From an uncultured Bacilli bacterium (lineage in GTDB: Bacteria; Bacillota_I; Bacilli_A; RF39; UBA660): a DNA stretch of 47,773 nucleotides. The position numbers were made by a program, and so were the translations under genes. The stretch lies in assembly GCA_947628065.1 (NCBI GenBank), contig CANQYK010000003.1, forward strand, positions 1 to 47,773, written 5' to 3'. The notes beneath the pieces are model-generated. The model was not told the origin of the DNA. It did not search any database and worked only from the letters and a program-made list of their open reading frames with translations. This document shows, piece by piece, positions 8,626 to 18,460 of this stretch (position 1 is its first letter; every line of letters starts with the position of its first letter).

Positions 8626-11436
8626 ATGGATAAAATTATTGTAAAAGGAGCTCGTGAAAACAACTTAAAAAATGTTAATATTGAGCTTCCGAAAAATAAA
8701 TTAATCGTTATGACTGGAGTAAGTGGTAGTGGGAAAAGTAGTTTAGCATTTGATACCATTTATGCAGAAGGACAACGTCGATATGTTGAGAGTTTATCTG
8801 CTTATGCAAGACAGTTTTTAGGTGGAACGGATAAACCAGATGTTGATTCTATTGAAGGTCTTAGTCCTGCTATTAGTATTGATCAAAAAACAACGAGTAA
8901 GAATCCTCGTAGTACGGTTGGAACGGTAACAGAGATTTATGATTATTTAAGACTTTTGTTTGCAAGAATTGGGATTCCTTATTGTCCTAGACATCATATA
9001 CCGATTAAAAACCAAAGTGTAGAAGAAATCGTAGATAAAGTATTAGAATATCCAGTGGGCAGTAAACTTATTATTTTGGCACCTGTTATTTATGGTGAGA
9101 AGGGTACCCATAAAGAATTGTTATCGGATCTTGTAAAAGAAGGTTATGTTCGTGTTCGAGTCAATGGAGAAATGTATGATTTATCCGATACAATAGAACT
9201 TGATAAAAATAAAAAATCAAATATTGAGGTTGTAGTTGATCGTATTGTTATAAAAGAAGATATCAGGTCAAGATTAAGTGAGAGTATTGAAAATGCACTT
9301 AAATTAGGGCATGGTAAGGTTGTTGTTTCTTATTTAGGTGACAAAGAAGTTATCTATTCCGAAGATTTTGCGTGTCCTTATTGTGATTTTTCTCTTCCTG
9401 AATTAGAGCCACGCATCTTTAGTTTTAATGCACCGTATGGGGCTTGTCCTGATTGTAAAGGATTGGGTGTAAAACTTCAAATTGATAAAGATTTGGTTAT
9501 CCCAAACAAAGACTTAAGTTTAGAAGAGGGATGCATTAAAACATTAGGGGATGATATTGAAAGTATTTATTATAAGCGATTAGAATGTATGTGTAAGCAC
9601 TATAAAATTAGTACCAAAAAACCATTTAAGAAATTAAGTGCGAAGGAACAAGAACTTATATTATACGGAAGTGATGAACTGATTCATTTTAACTACAAAT
9701 CAAAAAGTGGAAATATTACGGATCAAGTGGATTATTATGAAGGAATTGTTCGTAATTTGGAGCGTCGTTATATGGAAACTTCAAGTGCTTGGATAAGAGA
9801 ATGGTTAGAACACTATATGGTAGAGCACGTTTGTGAGACTTGCCATGGCTCACGCTTACAAGATAGTATCTTATCCGTTCTTGTTGGTGGAAAAAATATT
9901 TATGAAGTTACTTGTATGAGTATTAAAGATTTGATTGTTTTCTTTGATCGGTTAAAACTTGGTGAAGAAGAAGCAAAAATTGCAGATTTACTATTAAAAG
10001 AAATTAAATCTCGTCTTGATTTCTTAAAGAATGTTGGACTAGAGTATTTAACACTTGCTCGTAGTGCAGGAACTTTATCAGGTGGGGAAGCCCAGAGAAT
10101 AAGACTTGCGACTCAAATTGGTTCTCGTTTAACGGGTGTTTTGTATGTATTAGATGAGCCAAGTATTGGACTTCATCAAAGAGATAATGAAAGACTGATT
10201 AACTCTTTACTTGAAATGCGTGATTTGGGAAATACTTTGATTGTAGTAGAACATGATACGGATACGATGCTTGCAGCTGATTATTTGGTTGATGTAGGAC
10301 CCAAAGCAGGGGATAAAGGAGGAGAGATTGTTGCTTGTGGAACACCAGATGAGGTAATGAAGAATGAAAACAGTTTGACGGGTCGTTATTTAAGTGGGAA
10401 AGAATGTATTGAGACACCGAAAAAAAGAAGAAAAGGTATTGGTAAATATATAACTATAAAAGGTGCGAAACAAAATAATTTAAAAGATATTGATGTAAAG
10501 ATTCCTCTTGGTACGTTTACTTGTATTACTGGAGTAAGTGGTAGTGGGAAAAGTAGTTTGATCAATGAAATCTTAGTTAAGAGTGCTTCAAAATATTTAT
10601 ATAATAGTAAAGTGGTACCTGGATTACATGATAAAATATTAGGATTTCAAAACATTGATAAATTAGTTGATATCTCCCAGAGTCCAATTGGAAGAACGCC
10701 TAGAAGTAATCCTGCTACTTATACGGGTGTTTTTGATGATATTCGGGAACTTTTCACCAATACGAAAGAAGCTAAAATGTTAGGTTATGAAAAGAATCGT
10801 TTTTCTTTCAATGTAAAAGGAGGACGATGTGAAGCTTGTCGTGGTGATGGGGTTAAAAAAATAGAGATGCATTTCTTACCAGATGTTTATGTGCCTTGTG
10901 AGGTTTGTCATGGAACAAGATACAATAGAGAAACACTTAATATTCGGTATAAAGGAAAGAATATTGCCGATGTTTTAGAGATGCGTGTAAGCGAAGCTTT
11001 GGAATTTTTTTCCAACCATCAAAAAATAAAAAAGAAATTACAAGTACTAGAAGACGTTGGTCTTGGATATATTAAATTAGGACAAAGTGCACCAACATTA
11101 TCAGGTGGAGAAGCAGAACGGGTGAAATTAGCCAAAGAATTACAAAAGAAAGCAACGGGTAAAACCTTATTTGTACTAGATGAACCAACAACGGGACTTC
11201 ATAGTGATGACATTAAACGCCTACTTGCAATTTTACAAAAAATAGTAGATAATAAAGATACGGTAATTGTCATTGAACATAATCTTGATGTTATTAAATG
11301 TGCAGATTATATTATTGATTTAGGTCCAGAAGGTGGTGACGGAGGAGGTTCTGTTGTTACCTGTGGAACGCCGGAGGAAGTTAGTAAAGTAGAAAAATCC
11401 TATACAGGTGCTTTCTTGAAAAAGATGTTAAAATAG
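8626..11436 (+). CDS. uvrA: excinuclease ABC subunit A
   Basis: KGARENNLK, two GVSGSGKSS Walker A motifs, LSGGEAQR signature, zinc fingers; start at ATG 8626 behind GAGGAAGGTG. Confidence 0.98.
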   Translation: MDKIIVKGARENNLKNVNIELPKNKLIVMTGVSGSGKSSLAFDTIYAEGQRRYVESLSAYARQFLGGTDKPDVDSIEGLSPAISIDQKTTSKNPRSTVGTVTEIYDYLRLLFARIGIPYCPRHHIPIKNQSVEEIVDKVLEYPVGSKLIILAPVIYGEKGTHKELLSDLVKEGYVRVRVNGEMYDLSDTIELDKNKKSNIEVVVDRIVIKEDIRSRLSESIENALKLGHGKVVVSYLGDKEVIYSEDFACPYCDFSLPELEPRIFSFNAPYGACPDCKGLGVKLQIDKDLVIPNKDLSLEEGCIKTLGDDIESIYYKRLECMCKHYKISTKKPFKKLSAKEQELILYGSDELIHFNYKSKSGNITDQVDYYEGIVRNLERRYMETSSAWIREWLEHYMVEHVCETCHGSRLQDSILSVLVGGKNIYEVTCMSIKDLIVFFDRLKLGEEEAKIADLLLKEIKSRLDFLKNVGLEYLTLARSAGTLSGGEAQRIRLATQIGSRLTGVLYVLDEPSIGLHQRDNERLINSLLEMRDLGNTLIVVEHDTDTMLAADYLVDVGPKAGDKGGEIVACGTPDEVMKNENSLTGRYLSGKECIETPKKRRKGIGKYITIKGAKQNNLKDIDVKIPLGTFTCITGVSGSGKSSLINEILVKSASKYLYNSKVVPGLHDKILGFQNIDKLVDISQSPIGRTPRSNPATYTGVFDDIRELFTNTKEAKMLGYEKNRFSFNVKGGRCEACRGDGVKKIEMHFLPDVYVPCEVCHGTRYNRETLNIRYKGKNIADVLEMRVSEALEFFSNHQKIKKKLQVLEDVGLGYIKLGQSAPTLSGGEAERVKLAKELQKKATGKTLFVLDEPTTGLHSDDIKRLLAILQKIVDNKDTVIVIEHNLDVIKCADYIIDLGPEGGDGGGSVVTCGTPEEVSKVEKSYTGAFLKKMLK

Positions 11437-11445
11437 GAGGAGATC

Positions 11446-11868
11446 ATGAAGGTTGTAGTGGAAAACAAAGGAAATGAAAGATTAAATCGTTTTTTAGAAT
11501 GGTTACTTTATTTTATTAGTTATTTGATTGTTTTTTATGTTATTTCTTTGTTTTTCAAGTCTTTTTATATCGACCCAAAGCATCCTCTTTTTTATTCTTT
11601 GATTGCAACTTTTCTTTTGTATGTATTAAATAAAACAGTAAAACCTATTTTGTTTACCTTAACAATTCCAATTACTGGAATTACTTTGGGTCTTTTTTAT
11701 CCTTTTCTTAACTTGTTTATTTTAAAACTAGCTGATTGGATGTTAGGAAGTCATTTTAACTTGCTTGATTTTTGGGTAGCGCTTGCGATTTCTATTTTAA
11801 TTTCGGTTACGAACTTTTTAGTAGAAGGTCTTATTATTAAACCGATTATTCGAAGGGTGCAATCATGA
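11446..11868 (+). CDS. membrane protein, phage holin-like YvlD family
   Basis: Four hydrophobic segments and the VKPIL..LTIPIT.ITLGLF motif; usual position near uvrA and lgt. Confidence 0.8.
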   Translation: MKVVVENKGNERLNRFLEWLLYFISYLIVFYVISLFFKSFYIDPKHPLFYSLIATFLLYVLNKTVKPILFTLTIPITGITLGLFYPFLNLFILKLADWMLGSHFNLLDFWVALAISILISVTNFLVEGLIIKPIIRRVQS

Positions 11869-12671
11869 GTCGTGTAGCGCTTGATCTTGGATTTATCCAA
11901 ATATATTACTATACAATCTTTGTCTTTCTTGGTATGCTTTTAGGATGTCTTGTTATATACAAGGAAATAAAAAAAGAGGGCATGGATAGTGATGTTTTTG
12001 TTAATATAGTATTTTATTCTTTGTTGTTTGGATTATTAGGTGCAAGAATTTATTATGTTCTTTTTAATTTATCTTATTATCTTAATAATCCGATTGAAAT
12101 TTTTGAAATATGGAATGGTGGACTTGCTATTCATGGTGGTCTTTTATTTGGACTTTTGGTTCTTCTTTTTTATACAAAGAAATATCATATTCATACATTA
12201 AAGTTTTTCGATATTGTTGTTGTGGGTCTTATTTTAGGACAAGCAATTGGACGTTGGGGAAATTTCTTTAATCAAGAAGCTTATGGTGGTATTACGTCTT
12301 TGAAGGCTTTATCACATCTTCCTAAGTTTATTGTTGATAGAATGTATATTGATGGATATTATAGGCAACCTACTTTCTTTTATGAATCTTGTTGGGATTT
12401 TCTTGGCTTCTTTGTTCTTTTGTTTATCAAAAGAAAGAAATATTTAAAAGTAGGAGAACTTACGGGAAGTTATCTTGTTTGGTATGCTTTTGGTCGCTTT
12501 TTTATTGAAGGGATGCGAAGTGATAGCTTAATGTTAGGTCCTATTAAAATAGCCCAAGTGGTTTGTATTGTTATGATTATAATTGGTATTTATTTCCTTT
12601 TCTTTAAAAGAAGAAAAGATCCCAAACTAGGATCCTTGTACCAAAAAGAAAAATTAATCAAAGAAAAATAA
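11865..12671 (+). CDS. lgt: prolipoprotein diacylglyceryl transferase
   Basis: GARIYYV, GGLAIHGG, GRWGNFFNQEAYG and PTFFYES motifs. Confidence 0.96.
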   Translation: MSRVALDLGFIQIYYYTIFVFLGMLLGCLVIYKEIKKEGMDSDVFVNIVFYSLLFGLLGARIYYVLFNLSYYLNNPIEIFEIWNGGLAIHGGLLFGLLVLLFYTKKYHIHTLKFFDIVVVGLILGQAIGRWGNFFNQEAYGGITSLKALSHLPKFIVDRMYIDGYYRQPTFFYESCWDFLGFFVLLFIKRKKYLKVGELTGSYLVWYAFGRFFIEGMRSDSLMLGPIKIAQVVCIVMIIIGIYFLFFKRRKDPKLGSLYQKEKLIKEK

Positions 12672-12696
12672 AAAAGTACTAGTTTTTGTACTTTTT
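12661..12696 (+). repeat. 36-bp direct repeat (lgt stop and terminator), left copy
   Basis: AAGAAAAATAAAAAAGTACTAGTTTTTGTACTTTTT matches 16562-16597 at 35/36. Confidence 0.85.
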
Positions 12697-12709
12697 CTTT
12701 TGAAAGAGA

Positions 12710-12742
12710 TATTATATTTGTATCAGTAATTATTATTTTCGT
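12710..12742 (-). pseudogene. stub of a PIN-domain gene (ACG-KIIITDTNII)
   Basis: Overlaps the stop of the XRE-ImmA gene; resembles the PIN N-terminal strand and DTN motif; similarity ends near the lgt terminator. Confidence 0.5.
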
Positions 12743-13766
12743 TGTTATATTCATCTATGGTGACCCCCAATAATTCGCAGGCTTTTGAAATAGAAATTAT
12801 TTCATCTGCTTCTAGTTTGTATATGAGTTTTTTAAATTGATATGATTTTTCAGGTTCTATGGGTTTTGGATCCTTTTTTCCAATTTTTTGACTTAAAAAG
12901 ATATTTAAATTTTTATATAAATATTCTGATATGATATTTAAATCTTTTAAACGGTAAATAATAGCTTTATAACTAACTTTGTACTCATTTTTAAAAGCAG
13001 TTAATTCAAAAAAGTTAATATTTTTTCTTGCTTTTCCAAATTCGTTTATTACTGCTTCTTTTGGCATTAACAAAGCACTTGCGAAACGATTGCATAGTTT
13101 TTCATGATCGATTTCTTTTTCTTTTATATTTAAGATCAAATGTCCTAATTCGTGGGCAATTGTAAATCTTTGTCTGGCACCATCTTTTATATTATCTAAC
13201 AAAACAATAATTGGGACATCGTTTACAATTTCACTTAATCCATCAAAATCATCAAAACGGTTATTTGGATTTTTCATTTGAATAATCATGATACCAAGAT
13301 TTTCAAGCATATTCATTAAGTCTGATATTGGTTGTCGATTGGATATTTTTATAAAGTTTCGAAAATCGTTCGCGGCTTTTTCGGCTTCTTCTATACTATT
13401 ACATGGATACGTTTTTAATTTGATTTTTTTTGTATTGGTATCATTTAATTCCATAACTTCAAAGTATTTGGCAACTTCATTTTGAATTAATTCTTCTAAA
13501 AGACTTAGATTCGTTCCTGTTAATCGTCTCTTTTTTCGAAAAGAAGTAAATTTCATTTGTGGTGCATGATATACTTTTAATAGATCAATGGTTTTAACAT
13601 TGTATGCATTTGCGAAAGCGATTACTTTTTTTGAATTTGGTAATATTTCCCCTTTTTCATATTTTGAAATAGCAGTTGCGCTCATATTCAAAAGATTTCC
13701 TGCTTCTCTAAGGGATAGATTTTTTAATAACCGTATTCTTTTTAAATTTTTACCAATTTCATTCAT
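12723..13766 (-). CDS. XRE-family HTH fused to ImmA/IrrE (M78) metallopeptidase
   Basis: N-terminal HTH (LKRIRLLKNLSLREAG..AISKYEKG), RQRFTIAHELGH (HEXXH), EKLCNRFASALLMP; start at ATG 13766. Confidence 0.9.
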   Translation of the reverse strand: MNEIGKNLKRIRLLKNLSLREAGNLLNMSATAISKYEKGEILPNSKKVIAFANAYNVKTIDLLKVYHAPQMKFTSFRKKRRLTGTNLSLLEELIQNEVAKYFEVMELNDTNTKKIKLKTYPCNSIEEAEKAANDFRNFIKISNRQPISDLMNMLENLGIMIIQMKNPNNRFDDFDGLSEIVNDVPIIVLLDNIKDGARQRFTIAHELGHLILNIKEKEIDHEKLCNRFASALLMPKEAVINEFGKARKNINFFELTAFKNEYKVSYKAIIYRLKDLNIISEYLYKNLNIFLSQKIGKKDPKPIEPEKSYQFKKLIYKLEADEIISISKACELLGVTIDEYNNENNNY

Positions 13767-13787
13767 TTGGATCCCTTCTTTCTGTAG

Positions 13788-13821
13788 TTTACATTTTATC
13801 ATTAAAAGATAGAATTGTAAA
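13788..13821 (-). promoter_or_regulatory. palindromic promoter/operator of the XRE-ImmA gene
   Basis: Minus strand TTTACA-17-TAAAAT embedded in the inverted repeat TTTACAttttatc...gatagaatTGTAAA; likely autoregulatory site. Confidence 0.55.
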
Positions 13822-14222
13822 TAAAGAATTTATATAGAAAGAATTATTATTAAAAGGTTAAAATCCCATAAGACCTAGATTATTTGAGCTTTTTTGAATA
13901 CCTTTTTTGTTAATTTTTTTAAATTTGTGATATTATATATTTGCTTGAGACAAATTAAAGAAAAAGAGATTGTTTTATCATTAATGTTGAGGTTTTTAAG
14001 AATGTGATAAACAGTATCTTCAAATTTAATTTATTTTTTTATGCTTTCTTGTAATTCAGTTATAGTAAAATCAAAACTTAAGTTTCCAAATATTGGATCA
14101 TTCCAATTAATCAAATCCTTAATGCCGTTATTTTTATATTTCTTTTTTTATATTTATTGTATAGACAAAGATTCAAAAACGAATTGCTCTTATTATAATA
14201 AATAAGAACTTGAAGTTTTTAG

Positions 14223-14259
14223 ATTTAGGTTGTGGACAAAGTCCTCGGCATGATATAAT
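14223..14259 (+). promoter_or_regulatory. promoter module shared with 27098-27134
   Basis: ATTTAGGTTGTGGACAAAGTCCTCGGCATGATATAAT; 32/37 identical to the second copy; extended -10. Confidence 0.7.
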
Positions 14260-14289
14260 GAATATGTAAAATTGTGCAGGAGGTTAAAT

Positions 14290-15504
14290 ATGATTAGAGT
14301 TGCAACCGTTTTTAGTGGTATTGGTTCTATTGAACATGCTTTGGACAGATTAGATATTCCTCATAAAATAATTTTTGCGTGTGATAATGGAGATATTCCT
14401 GTAGAATATGATGAAAAAAAAGAATTAGAAAAGATTAAAAAAATGAAATCTAAAGTTGAGAAGAAAAAATATGTTGATAAACTATATGCTTCTCAAAGTA
14501 CGAAACAAAATTATGTAAAGAAAAGCTATATGGCAAATTATGATGTTAATGATGATGATTTCCATTTGGATATTAAATTATTAGATGGGACTGATTATAA
14601 GGACCAAGTTGATCTTTTTGTTGGAGGAAGCCCTTGTCAATCTTTTTCAATGGTTGGAAAAAGAAAGGGTTTAGAAGATGATAGAGGTTTATTAATATTT
14701 CAATTTTGTAGATTAGTAAATGAAATACAACCCAAAATGTTTATTTACGAAAATGTTAAAGGCTTATTAAATCATGATGGTGGAAAGACATGGAAGATTA
14801 TTGAAAATGAATTCAAAAAGCTTGGATATAAAATTTCTAAGCAAATAATGAATTCAAAAGATTATGGAATTCCTCAAAATAGAGAAAGGTTATTTGTAGT
14901 AGGATTTAAAGATCATTCTGTTAAATTTAAATTTCCTAAGCCTGTACAACTTGAAATTACAATGAAAGATTTATTAGAAGATAATCCTGATTCTAAATAT
15001 TATTTAAATGATAAAGGAATAGCATTTGTTACAGATAAGAAAAATCTTCAAAAAAGATTTACACAAATAAATGGTGATATAGCACTTTGTGAAAAAGCAA
15101 ATCAACAATTTAATTGGCATGGAGATTTTATTTGTGTGGGTCCTAATGAGGTTGACTCAAAATATTTCTTGTCTGATAAGGTTGCTGATTATGTGATGAA
15201 AACAGGAACAAAGAACTTTTATTCAAAGCCAGAAATAGACTTAGATATTGCAAGACCATTACTTTCAACAATGGGAAAAATGCATAGAGCTGGTGTAGAT
15301 AATTATATTTCCAAAGATAATAAAATAAGAAAGCTTACTCCAAGAGAATGCTTAAGATTAATGGGATTTGACGATAGATTTAAAATCGTTGTTAGTGATA
15401 CACAAATGTATAAACAAGCTGGTAATAGTATTGTTTCAAATAATTTTATTGAAATTTTAAAACAATTAGATATGTCTATTTTTGAGGAGGATTCAAATGA
15501 ATAA
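14290..15504 (+). CDS. DNA (cytosine-5)-methyltransferase
   Basis: FSGIG (motif I), GSPCQSFS (IV), ENV (VI), PQNRER (VIII), RKLTPRECLRLMGF and YKQAGNS (IX, X). Confidence 0.95.
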   Translation: MIRVATVFSGIGSIEHALDRLDIPHKIIFACDNGDIPVEYDEKKELEKIKKMKSKVEKKKYVDKLYASQSTKQNYVKKSYMANYDVNDDDFHLDIKLLDGTDYKDQVDLFVGGSPCQSFSMVGKRKGLEDDRGLLIFQFCRLVNEIQPKMFIYENVKGLLNHDGGKTWKIIENEFKKLGYKISKQIMNSKDYGIPQNRERLFVVGFKDHSVKFKFPKPVQLEITMKDLLEDNPDSKYYLNDKGIAFVTDKKNLQKRFTQINGDIALCEKANQQFNWHGDFICVGPNEVDSKYFLSDKVADYVMKTGTKNFYSKPEIDLDIARPLLSTMGKMHRAGVDNYISKDNKIRKLTPRECLRLMGFDDRFKIVVSDTQMYKQAGNSIVSNNFIEILKQLDMSIFEEDSNE

Positions 15505-16468
15505 TTTTAGATTGAATAATAAAAACTATGAGATTATTGACGCAAAAGAAACGATAACAATACCTGATTGCTTTGTAAAAGATCCGAATAAAATAGGAAG
15601 TGGTCATGGAGAAGCAAAATTATATGTAGGGCAAACTACAGATACAACAACACTAGATTTTTTTAATAACTTTGAAGGAAATATTAAATGTGTTATAAAA
15701 AAAGAAGATTTACAAACGTATTTATTAGACTGTGAAAATGAGTATTTATATCCTGATCAAGAATATAGAAACAAGGATAGGATGCCTGAAATATTTTTAG
15801 AACATAATATTAAGGTATCTAGATTAGAAGAAGAATATTTATATTTTGAAATATATAGAGTTGATGTTAAACCACCAAGAATTTATATTAATTCAAATGA
15901 TAAAGCATATGATGTGATAAGAGAAATATCACTACCAAATATTTCTTATGTTTCCATACTTAAATTAAAAGATTCAAATAATAATTATTTGTTTTACTTT
16001 AGGCCGTTTATCGAATATAATATTGATTCTATTCGTAAAACAGAAGAAATATCAATTGCAGAAGAGGAAAATATTACTACATCTGAAAGAGAATCAATAA
16101 TAAAATCTAGAATTGGACAAGGAAAATATAGAGAAAAGTTGTTAGAAGAATGTCCATTTTGTCCTATTACTATGGTTAATGATGAGAGGTTATTAATTGC
16201 TTCTCACATTAAACCATGGGTAAAATCTAACAAAGAAGAGAAGGTTGATCCTAAAAATGGATTTATGTTAACTCCTACATATGACAAATTGTTTGATAGA
16301 GGTTTTATTTCGTTTGAAGATGATGGAACTATGTTAGTTTCACCATGGATATCTCCTATGAATCAAAAAAGATTAGGTATTTTTAATGGTAAAAAGATTA
16401 AGGCTTTACCTACGAAAGGAAGAGAAAACTATCTTTTATATCATAGAGAATTTATATTCAAAAAATAA
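15497..16468 (+). CDS. HNH endonuclease, probable restriction partner
   Basis: C-terminal RIGQG..R...CPIT...LIASHIKPW...NG..L....DKLFDRG pattern; overlaps the end of the methyltransferase gene. Confidence 0.85.
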   Translation: MNNFRLNNKNYEIIDAKETITIPDCFVKDPNKIGSGHGEAKLYVGQTTDTTTLDFFNNFEGNIKCVIKKEDLQTYLLDCENEYLYPDQEYRNKDRMPEIFLEHNIKVSRLEEEYLYFEIYRVDVKPPRIYINSNDKAYDVIREISLPNISYVSILKLKDSNNNYLFYFRPFIEYNIDSIRKTEEISIAEEENITTSERESIIKSRIGQGKYREKLLEECPFCPITMVNDERLLIASHIKPWVKSNKEEKVDPKNGFMLTPTYDKLFDRGFISFEDDGTMLVSPWISPMNQKRLGIFNGKKIKALPTKGRENYLLYHREFIFKK

Positions 16469-16561
16469 ATTTTTTAATATTAGATCGTTAATTAAAAGTG
16501 GTATATTCAAAAAGTATTTCTCTTTTTTTTAGTTTTTTTGTTGTGTACTAGATTATAAGAT

Positions 16562-16597
16562 AAGAAAAATAAAAAAATACTAGTTTTTGTACTTTTT
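16562..16597 (+). repeat. 36-bp direct repeat, right copy
   Basis: Matches 12661-12696 at 35/36. Confidence 0.85.
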
Positions 16598-16631
16598 TTG
16601 CTTTACAATAGAAGAAAAGGAGAGATTACTT

Positions 16632-17513
16632 ATGAAATACGATGTTATTGTAGTTGGTTGTGGTGTTGCTGGTATGACAGCTGCGATTTATTTAAAAAGA
16701 AGTGGTCTATCTTGTATGATATTAGAAGGTAAAATGCCAGGTGGACAAGTAGTAGAAAATGATAAGATAGAAAACTATCCTGGTTTTGTATCGATATCAG
16801 GAAGTGATCTTGCACTTTCTATTTTAAAACAAGTAAAAGAACAAGGAATTCCTATTTGTTATGAAATGGTAGAAGAAGTTACCAAGGATAAAAAAGTAAG
16901 AACAGCAAAAAAGGAATATCAAGCAAATTATATTATTCTTGCTACTGGAAGAAAGCCTAGAATGTTAGGGTTAGAAAGTGAAGAGAAATATCGGAATAAG
17001 GGAATTAGTTATTGTGCCGTTTGTGATGGTTCTCTTTATAAGAAGAAAGATGTAGTAGTTGTTGGTGGAGGCGATAGTGCTCTTGAAATGGTCCTTTATT
17101 TAAGTCCTCTTGTAAAACATTTAACACTTCTTCATAGAAGGGATACCTATCGGGCGAAAGATACTACAATTGAAAAAATTAAAAACTTAAAAAATGTATC
17201 TTTTGTAACTGGTGAGGTAAAAGAATTTACTGGGGAAGATCAATTAAATGGTATTTTATTGAAAGATGGAAAGAAACTTTCTTGTGAAGGTGCCTTTCTT
17301 GGTATTGGACAAATTCCAAATACGTCTTTTCTTTCTTCTTTGGGTATTTTAGATGAAGAGGGGTATATTAAAGTAGATAAAGATTATGAAACAGCAATAA
17401 ATGGAATTTATGCGATTGGGGATTGTCTTAAAAAAGAATATTATCAAATTGTAATTGCTATGGGAGAGGCTGCTTCTTGTGCTCTTACAATAAGGAGGTG
17501 TTTTGATGAATAA
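16632..17513 (+). CDS. trxB: thioredoxin reductase
   Basis: GCGVAG, IENYPG, SYCAVCDG and VVGGGDSA motifs; start at ATG 16632. Confidence 0.9.
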   Translation: MKYDVIVVGCGVAGMTAAIYLKRSGLSCMILEGKMPGGQVVENDKIENYPGFVSISGSDLALSILKQVKEQGIPICYEMVEEVTKDKKVRTAKKEYQANYIILATGRKPRMLGLESEEKYRNKGISYCAVCDGSLYKKKDVVVVGGGDSALEMVLYLSPLVKHLTLLHRRDTYRAKDTTIEKIKNLKNVSFVTGEVKEFTGEDQLNGILLKDGKKLSCEGAFLGIGQIPNTSFLSSLGILDEEGYIKVDKDYETAINGIYAIGDCLKKEYYQIVIAMGEAASCALTIRRCFDE

Positions 17514-18456
17514 AAAGGTAGTTGTTTTTGGAGGAGGTACTGGTCTTTCTTATCTTCTTCGGGGATTAAAGGACTTTCCTATAGATATTACTGCTGTTAT
17601 TACGGTATCAGATAATGGTAGGAGTAGTGGAAAGTTAAGAAAGGAGTTTCATATTCCTGCGGTTGGTGATATTAGAAAAGTAATTACTAGTCTTTCATCA
17701 ACGGATGAACATATAAAGGAGATGTTATCGTATCGGTTTGAGACAACGAGTGATTTAAATGGTCATGCTTTGGGTAATTTGATTTTAACATCGTTAATTG
17801 ATATTACTGGTAATTTACAAGAATCGATTCATGATTTATCCGTGTTACTTGATGTAAAACATAAGGTATTACCCTTATCAGAAGATGCGAACATTACATT
17901 AATGGCAGAGATGACGGATGGAGAAATTGTGGAAGGAGAAGCAAATATTACCAAATGTCCAAAGGTAATCAAACGTCTTTTTTATAAAGAAAATCCTGTT
18001 GTATTACAAGAGGTTTTAACTGCTATTCGTGAAGCTGATCTTATTCTTTTTAGTATGGGTAGTCTTTATACTTCTCTTTTTCCTCACTTACTAGCAGAAG
18101 AGGTATTAAGGGAACTGGATCAAACAAAAACACCAATTATGTATTTGTGTAATATTGTAACACAACCGGGTGAGACGGATAATTTTGCAGTTAGTGATCA
18201 TGTTAAATTAATTAATGCGTATTTAGGACAACATAAATTAGATGTTGTTGTGGCATCAAACTCTAAAATAGAAGAAAAAATGGCAAAGCGTTATGCGACA
18301 GAAGAACAAAAGGATCCTGTTTTAATTGATCAAGAAGAACTAGATCAATTAAATGTTGAGGTCATAGAATCAGATTTACTAACTATTGATGATGACACAT
18401 TAAAACATCATAGTCAAAAGTTAAGTTCTTTAATTTTTTCTTATTTAATGAGGTGA
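17506..18456 (+). CDS. yvcK: YvcK/GlmR family UDP-GlcNAc-binding protein
   Basis: GGGTGLS, DNGRSSG.LR, GHALGNL and GSLYTS motifs; between trxB and whiA. Confidence 0.92.
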   Translation: MNKKVVVFGGGTGLSYLLRGLKDFPIDITAVITVSDNGRSSGKLRKEFHIPAVGDIRKVITSLSSTDEHIKEMLSYRFETTSDLNGHALGNLILTSLIDITGNLQESIHDLSVLLDVKHKVLPLSEDANITLMAEMTDGEIVEGEANITKCPKVIKRLFYKENPVVLQEVLTAIREADLILFSMGSLYTSLFPHLLAEEVLRELDQTKTPIMYLCNIVTQPGETDNFAVSDHVKLINAYLGQHKLDVVVASNSKIEEKMAKRYATEEQKDPVLIDQEELDQLNVEVIESDLLTIDDDTLKHHSQKLSSLIFSYLMR

Positions 18457-18460
18457 TTGT

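Noticed and set aside
8466-8759. Short antisense or alternative-frame ORFs in the track (also 118-333, 3714-3935, 10199-10417, 24370-24666, 37799-38119, 39731-40024 and others)
   Set aside because: They overlap well-supported genes, lack RBS or motifs, and look like shadow ORFs.
11446-11868. Prophage inferred from the holin-like gene
   Set aside because: It is the chromosomal YvlD-type gene in its normal context; no phage genes are nearby.
13848-13910. Possible third degraded lgt end, or inverted repeat with 16494-16514
   Set aside because: Similarity is short and AT-rich and not distinguishable from chance by eye.
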